Shown here one piece after another: positions 12,982 to 17,323 of a DNA stretch of 17,323 nt (its first letter is position 1; each line of letters opens with the position of its first letter). The notes under the pieces were generated by a model, which did not search any database, was not told the origin of the DNA, and worked only from the letters and a program-made list of their open reading frames with translations. The DNA comes from Candidatus Micrarchaeota archaeon (GTDB lineage Archaea > Micrarchaeota > Micrarchaeia > Norongarragalinales > Norongarragalinaceae). The position numbers and the translations under genes were made by a program. The DNA lies in the NCBI GenBank assembly GCA_037444485.1, contig JBBIMI010000018.1, positions 1 to 17,323 of the forward strand, in the 5' to 3' direction.

Positions 12982-14487
12982 TCAAACGACTTCGAGAATA
13001 ACGCGCTCTATTTCCACGACCTTTAATTTTTTCGCAACGTCAAGGCCGAGCGCGAGTTTTTCCTTGCTGCTCGCGCGGAGTTCAAACAACTCGTCACCCG
13101 CACTCACGCGCTGGCCCTTCGAAACCTTTAAAACCATTCCTGCTTTCTTGTCGACTGGCGCGCCGAGAGCGCGGCAAACGCGGGAAATAATTTTGTTGTC
13201 AACGTGCGCGACTTTCCCTTCTTCATTCGTCTTGAAAGAACCGACGAACTCTCCTATCCTGATGTCTTCAGGCTTGACGTCCGGCTTTCCGCCTTGAGCA
13301 TCAATTATTTCTCGAAACTTTTCGAGCGCCTTGCCGGAAGTAATCTGGTACTTCGCAATCTTGTAACCCTCGCTGCGCGTGAATCCCTTCACGCTACTCA
13401 ACAACACGCCCGCCATCAAACAAGCTTTCTCAACTAGCGACTCGCTACCTTTCCCTGAAAGCGCAAGCAAAACCTCCCGCGCCTCTAGCGCTGGACCAAT
13501 AGAATTAATGAGCGGCTCGCTGCCTTCAGTAATAACGACTTGTAGTTCCATACCCATGTGTTTTCCAAGCGCTTCAAAACTCTGCGCCAACTCGCGCGCC
13601 TTGTCAATGCGCTCTACTTTCGCGCCCTGCCCCACCGGGATGTCGAGCAAGACGTACTGCGCGCCCTCAGCTTTTTTCTTCGCTAGAATGCTTGAAAGCA
13701 ACAACGGCTCCGGATCCAAGCGCAGCGGGTTACGAATCTTGATGAGCTTGTCGTCGGCAGCAGCAATGTTTAACGCGCCGCCCCAAATCAAGCAACCGCC
13801 CGTCTTCTCGACAACGCGTTCAGCTTGCGAAACAGAAAGCGAAACTGGCGCGAGCACTTCCATCGCGTCAGCTGTTCCGCTCGCGCTGCTTATCGCGCGC
13901 GTGGCGGTCTTCGGAATCGTTAGTCCAAGCGAAGCGATTATTGGCACTATGAGCATGCTCACGCGGTCGCCGGCAATTCCGCCGATGCTGTGTTCTGAAA
14001 CCACGGGCTCGCGCTTGAAGTGAAGCGAGCCGCCTGAAGCGTAAATCGCTTTCGTCAACGCGATGGTTTCTTCAGTGCTTAAGCCTTTCGTGTAAATGCC
14101 GCCTATGAAAGCCGCGAGCTCGGCGTTCGAAAGTTTTTCATCCATCAAGTCAGCAATGATTCCGTTTACCTCGCCGTCAGAGAGAATGCCGCCGTCCAGC
14201 TTTTTGCGAATCGCGTCGAGACTCTGCGGGCGCGGGGCTAACTCGACAGAAATCATTTGCCCTTTTTTCGCGTTGAGCGCCTTCGCTGCTTCATCAAACA
14301 ACCCGATTTCCCCGCGTGCGACAAGCGAACGCGAGTGGTCTACGATCGCGACAATGCTTTTTCCGCCTGCAGAAAGCTTAACCCGGTCAAGCACGTTGAA
14401 ATCGAGTTCCTTCGCCTGCTCTTCATTCAACGCCACTTCGTTCTGTCCCTGCTCGAAGTCTATCAACTTCGCCTTTAACTCCACCAT
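12982..14487 (-). CDS. deoA: AMP phosphorylase (thymidine/pyrimidine-nucleoside phosphorylase superfamily, archaeal NMP phosphorylase)
   Basis: N-terminal barrel (EVALNEEQAKELD...DRV...GEIGL), SLDAIRKKLDG, HSIGG.AG, IPKT.TRAISSASGTADAMEVL, WGGALNIAAADD, LDP...SSILAKK, DIPVGQGAKV, GPALEAREVL, IIDAQGG, GAPVDKKAG. Start ATG 14487, about 24 nt downstream of a TATA-like element. Confidence 0.95.
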   Translation of the reverse strand: MVELKAKLIDFEQGQNEVALNEEQAKELDFNVLDRVKLSAGGKSIVAIVDHSRSLVARGEIGLFDEAAKALNAKKGQMISVELAPRPQSLDAIRKKLDGGILSDGEVNGIIADLMDEKLSNAELAAFIGGIYTKGLSTEETIALTKAIYASGGSLHFKREPVVSEHSIGGIAGDRVSMLIVPIIASLGLTIPKTATRAISSASGTADAMEVLAPVSLSVSQAERVVEKTGGCLIWGGALNIAAADDKLIKIRNPLRLDPEPLLLSSILAKKKAEGAQYVLLDIPVGQGAKVERIDKARELAQSFEALGKHMGMELQVVITEGSEPLINSIGPALEAREVLLALSGKGSESLVEKACLMAGVLLSSVKGFTRSEGYKIAKYQITSGKALEKFREIIDAQGGKPDVKPEDIRIGEFVGSFKTNEEGKVAHVDNKIISRVCRALGAPVDKKAGMVLKVSKGQRVSAGDELFELRASSKEKLALGLDVAKKLKVVEIERVILEVV

Positions 14488-14510
14488 GAGCAAAGCTAAA
14501 GCAACGCGCA

Positions 14511-14528
14511 TTAAAAAACGTTTTTTAA
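14511..14528. promoter_or_regulatory. Perfect 18-bp palindrome overlapping the AMP phosphorylase TATA position
   Basis: TTAAAAAACGTTTTTTAA is self-complementary and lies in the divergent deoA / surface-protein intergenic region. Confidence 0.6.
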
Positions 14529-14654
14529 AACGCGGTTTTTTGCTTCAAGCTCAAAAAACGCTTAAAATGAAGTTTTATAAACCACGTTTACATTACTTTT
14601 TTAATTCAAAACCAGCACCGTTTGGGCGCGCCCGCCCGAAAGATAGAGGTAAAG

Positions 14655-17168
14655 ATGCAGTTGAAAGGAAGAATTCTTCTCAAAACCAGTTTGCTCGCTG
14701 TTTCACTCGTCCTGCTTTCACAATTCGCTTCAAGCCTGGATGTTTCAGCATGCGGCGACTTGAATTCCACGAACACGTACTACAAGCTCACTCAAAACAT
14801 TGAGGCGGGTTACACTTGCTTCAACGTCACCGCCAGCAACATCACTCTCGATTGCCAAGGCTTCAACATCAACTACAGCACGTCTACCGACGGCGGCATC
14901 GGCATTAACGTAACAGAACAAAACGACACGGTAATCAAAAATTGTAAGTTGAATGCAACCAACTCGAGCGTAAACCAACCGACCGCAATTTACTTGAGAT
15001 ATTCAAACAACTCGCAGATTTACAACAACACGATTACAGTCAACAGCACGACTGACATTGCGGTTTGGGTTGAATACGATTCAAACAACAACACGATCAA
15101 CAACAACACCATAATCGAATCGTACGACGCGTTCTGGTTTAGGCAAACCATGAACAACACGGCAAACAGGAACAACATCACATCGCAGTTAAGCGGCGCC
15201 TTCGGGATTTACGCCGAAGCCACTTCAAACAGCACCTTCGAAAACAACAACATTAGCATGGTAGATAGCAGTTACGCCTTCATGCTATTGAACGCAAGCA
15301 ACTACAACTTCCTGAACAACAATAATATTTACGTCACCGACTCCAGCTACGGAATTTACTTGGAAACCGCAAACGGCAACACCATCGACAACAACCCAGT
15401 TTACCTGACGAGCAATGGAAGCGGCATTTACGTATCGAATTCGAACAACAACATGATAACCAACAGCATCATAAACGCTTCCGGCACCAACGACTACGGA
15501 ATACTGCTTTCCGAAGCAAACTATTCCAACATAAGCAACTACGTAATCAAGGGAAGCAATGTTTCAAACGGCTTTGGAATTACAGCCTTCTACAGCGCGT
15601 TCTACAATCTTTTTTCGAACGTCACTATAGAAAACTTCACTTACGGAGTTCACGCTGCTGGTTCTCTAGGCATTTGTGATTGTTTCAATCCAGGACCGAA
15701 AAAACCTCTGAGGAACAGTAACGAAAACGTTTTCGACAGGATTACTATAAACAATGCGGATTACGGTTACTACACGAACAACCCGCCTAGCGTCTCGTGC
15801 TGGTGCCCGTTCCCTCCGCCAGGTCACGAGAGTGTTAGGAGAGGCTATCACACGTACCACAACACGCTGTCCAACGCAATCATTACAAACGCGATCGACG
15901 GAATATCAATAAACGGCAGCGAAGAAAACACGTTCCTAAACAATACAATCACCAATTCTTCCGGCAAGGCAATCTACATGACGGATTATGCGCATGCGAT
16001 CACGTCAAGCATCGTCAAAAGCAATACAATCAACAAAGCGAACTACTGCATATTCCTGGATGCTCCGGGAGAGGGGATCTACAACAATAGCTTCTATTAC
16101 AACAGACTGTCTTCATGCGGTTACGGAATAACTCTCGATAACAATGCATACGATAACGTGTTCGCGGACAGTGCCATCGGGCAATCAAACAACGCGGACG
16201 TTTACGCCCCAAGCGTCGCCGTAAGCACGTTCACAAACACGTTCCTGAACACTACTTTCAACAAGACGAACGCCACTATAAACAACGGCGGAATAGTCGT
16301 GCAATGGTACTTGAGAACGCGCGTGATGGACACGAGCGGCAGCGGAATCGAAAACGCTGAAGTAAACATCACCGACGTGAACGGCACGCTGGTGTACAGC
16401 GTTAGTACGGGAGCGGACGGTTACACGCAGACGCAGAACGTCAGCGAATTCTGGCAGAACGCCACTAGCCTAGCTAACTACACTCCGCACACGGTTTCAG
16501 CGATGACAAATCCGAGCGCGAGCGCCACTACCCAAATGACTGAAAACAGGGAAGTGATTCTCACGCTGGACTACCAACCTCCCGCAATCTCGAACGTGCG
16601 CATCGTCGACGTCACGCAAAACACGGTCACCATCGCTTGGGACACGAGCAAAAACGCGAATGAAACCATTGAATATGGAACCAGCGCGGACTATGGAACG
16701 AATTACACGAATGCAGCGCGCGCCACCACGCACTCGGCTTTCATAACCGGCTTGAACAAAGCGACCACTTACCACTACAAGATTCACGCTTGCGGAACAA
16801 CAAACTGCGCCAACACCAGCGACTACACGTTTGACACAGTAGGCGAGACGGGCGGTTACGGGGGAGGCACGGGCGCAGGCGGAGGAGCGCTTCCAACCCC
16901 CAGCCCAATTCCAACGCCGACTGAACAAGCAAGCCCAAGCGCGCCGCAAGCGCCAAGCGCGGGGCCCGCGGGCGAAGCTGGAGCACAAGGCGGAACAACA
17001 ACACCCGAAGCGACCGCGCAGCCAAGCTTAGAAGCGAGTCCAAGTCCAACGCCGCAGCCGACCGGCGCGGGAGTCAACGTGCCTTTGGCCGTCGGACTGA
17101 CGATAGTGCTCGCCGCGGCCGCATATTTTATAGCAACGCGAGCGAGATGGTTTCAAAAGAAAAAGTGA
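14655..17168 (+). CDS. Large cell-surface glycoprotein: NosD-like right-handed parallel beta-helix, beta-sandwich, FN3, Pro/Thr/Ala linker and C-terminal TM anchor
   Basis: SD GAGGT before ATG 14655. Signal peptide; N-cap ACGDLNS...YYKLTQNI...CFNVTASNITLDCQG; many GIYL..SNNN.I.NN.I (PbH1) repeats; WYLRTRVMDTSGSGIENAEVNITD sandwich; FN3 (VTIAWDT...IEYG...ITGL..ATTYHYKI); GG-rich and PTPSP linker; TM segment plus KKK; very many N-x-S/T sequons. Confidence 0.88.
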   Translation: MQLKGRILLKTSLLAVSLVLLSQFASSLDVSACGDLNSTNTYYKLTQNIEAGYTCFNVTASNITLDCQGFNINYSTSTDGGIGINVTEQNDTVIKNCKLNATNSSVNQPTAIYLRYSNNSQIYNNTITVNSTTDIAVWVEYDSNNNTINNNTIIESYDAFWFRQTMNNTANRNNITSQLSGAFGIYAEATSNSTFENNNISMVDSSYAFMLLNASNYNFLNNNNIYVTDSSYGIYLETANGNTIDNNPVYLTSNGSGIYVSNSNNNMITNSIINASGTNDYGILLSEANYSNISNYVIKGSNVSNGFGITAFYSAFYNLFSNVTIENFTYGVHAAGSLGICDCFNPGPKKPLRNSNENVFDRITINNADYGYYTNNPPSVSCWCPFPPPGHESVRRGYHTYHNTLSNAIITNAIDGISINGSEENTFLNNTITNSSGKAIYMTDYAHAITSSIVKSNTINKANYCIFLDAPGEGIYNNSFYYNRLSSCGYGITLDNNAYDNVFADSAIGQSNNADVYAPSVAVSTFTNTFLNTTFNKTNATINNGGIVVQWYLRTRVMDTSGSGIENAEVNITDVNGTLVYSVSTGADGYTQTQNVSEFWQNATSLANYTPHTVSAMTNPSASATTQMTENREVILTLDYQPPAISNVRIVDVTQNTVTIAWDTSKNANETIEYGTSADYGTNYTNAARATTHSAFITGLNKATTYHYKIHACGTTNCANTSDYTFDTVGETGGYGGGTGAGGGALPTPSPIPTPTEQASPSAPQAPSAGPAGEAGAQGGTTTPEATAQPSLEASPSPTPQPTGAGVNVPLAVGLTIVLAAAAYFIATRARWFQKKK

Positions 17169-17224
17169 GAAGGCAAGGAAATAAAAAGAAAAAAAATTAA
17201 TGTAAAAAAAAGGAGGTTGATTGA

Positions 17225-17323
17225 ATGAAGAGGGGTCAAGGCACTTTCGAGTACGTGCTGCTGCTTGCAGGAGTGCTGCTCATAGTAGTGCTCGCCATCG
17301 TTTTGCTGCGTGGAGGCATCTTC
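17225..17323 (+). CDS. Class III signal peptide (type IV pilin-like) protein, continues beyond the right edge
   Basis: Not in the track. Strong SD AGGAGGTTGA (17211-17220), then MKRG|QGTFEYVLLLAGVLLIVVLAIVLLRGGIF: basic leader, G|Q cleavage site, +5 Glu and a hydrophobic helix. Confidence 0.9.
   Translation, partial: MKRGQGTFEYVLLLAGVLLIVVLAIVLLRGGIF

Noticed and set aside
14700..16300. AAC-rich beta-helix region as a diversity-generating retroelement template or variable repeat
   Set aside because: The AAC richness is explained by Asn-ladder PbH1 repeats. I found no near-identical repeat pair differing at adenines and no reverse transcriptase in the window.
946..17077. Long antisense ORFs such as 946-1344, 1539-2075, 8236-9024, 10824-11585, 13379-14023, 14096-14803 and 16497-16988
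   Set aside because: Each lies opposite a gene with clear family motifs and has no recognisable motifs or translation signals of its own.

Overview
An archaeal chromosomal segment, probably from a DPANN lineage such as Micrarchaeota. This is inferred from ribosomal S6e, AMP phosphorylase, a class III signal-peptide pilin, a non-canonical histone, TATA-box promoters and apparently leaderless starts. Housekeeping genes: an archaeal coiled-coil protein (runs off the left edge, missed by the ORF track), a histone-fold protein with a long C-terminal helix, a SAM methyltransferase closely resembling eukaryotic Bud23/WBSCR22, an M24 Xaa-Pro peptidase, a single-OB-fold SSB, rps6e, pyrH, ppsA, an Ap4A-type Nudix hydrolase, trmJ and AMP phosphorylase. 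Surface proteins: a membrane-anchored PepSY-like/helical protein, a large beta-helix/FN3 protein and a pilin-like gene at the right edge (also missed by the track). Two AT-richer patches interrupt the CG-rich backbone. The first holds two orphan ORFs, one split by an in-frame TGA. The second encodes a bacterial-type long RelA/SpoT homologue with a dead HD hydrolase, a partly remodelled synthetase and a TGS domain but no ZFD/ACT. The most notable items are this archaeal RSH, the Bud23-like enzyme, the histone plus coiled-coil pair and the paired CxC loops in the beta-helix protein. No tRNA, rRNA, CRISPR array or transposase was recognised. All family calls are by-eye motif recognition, not database searches.
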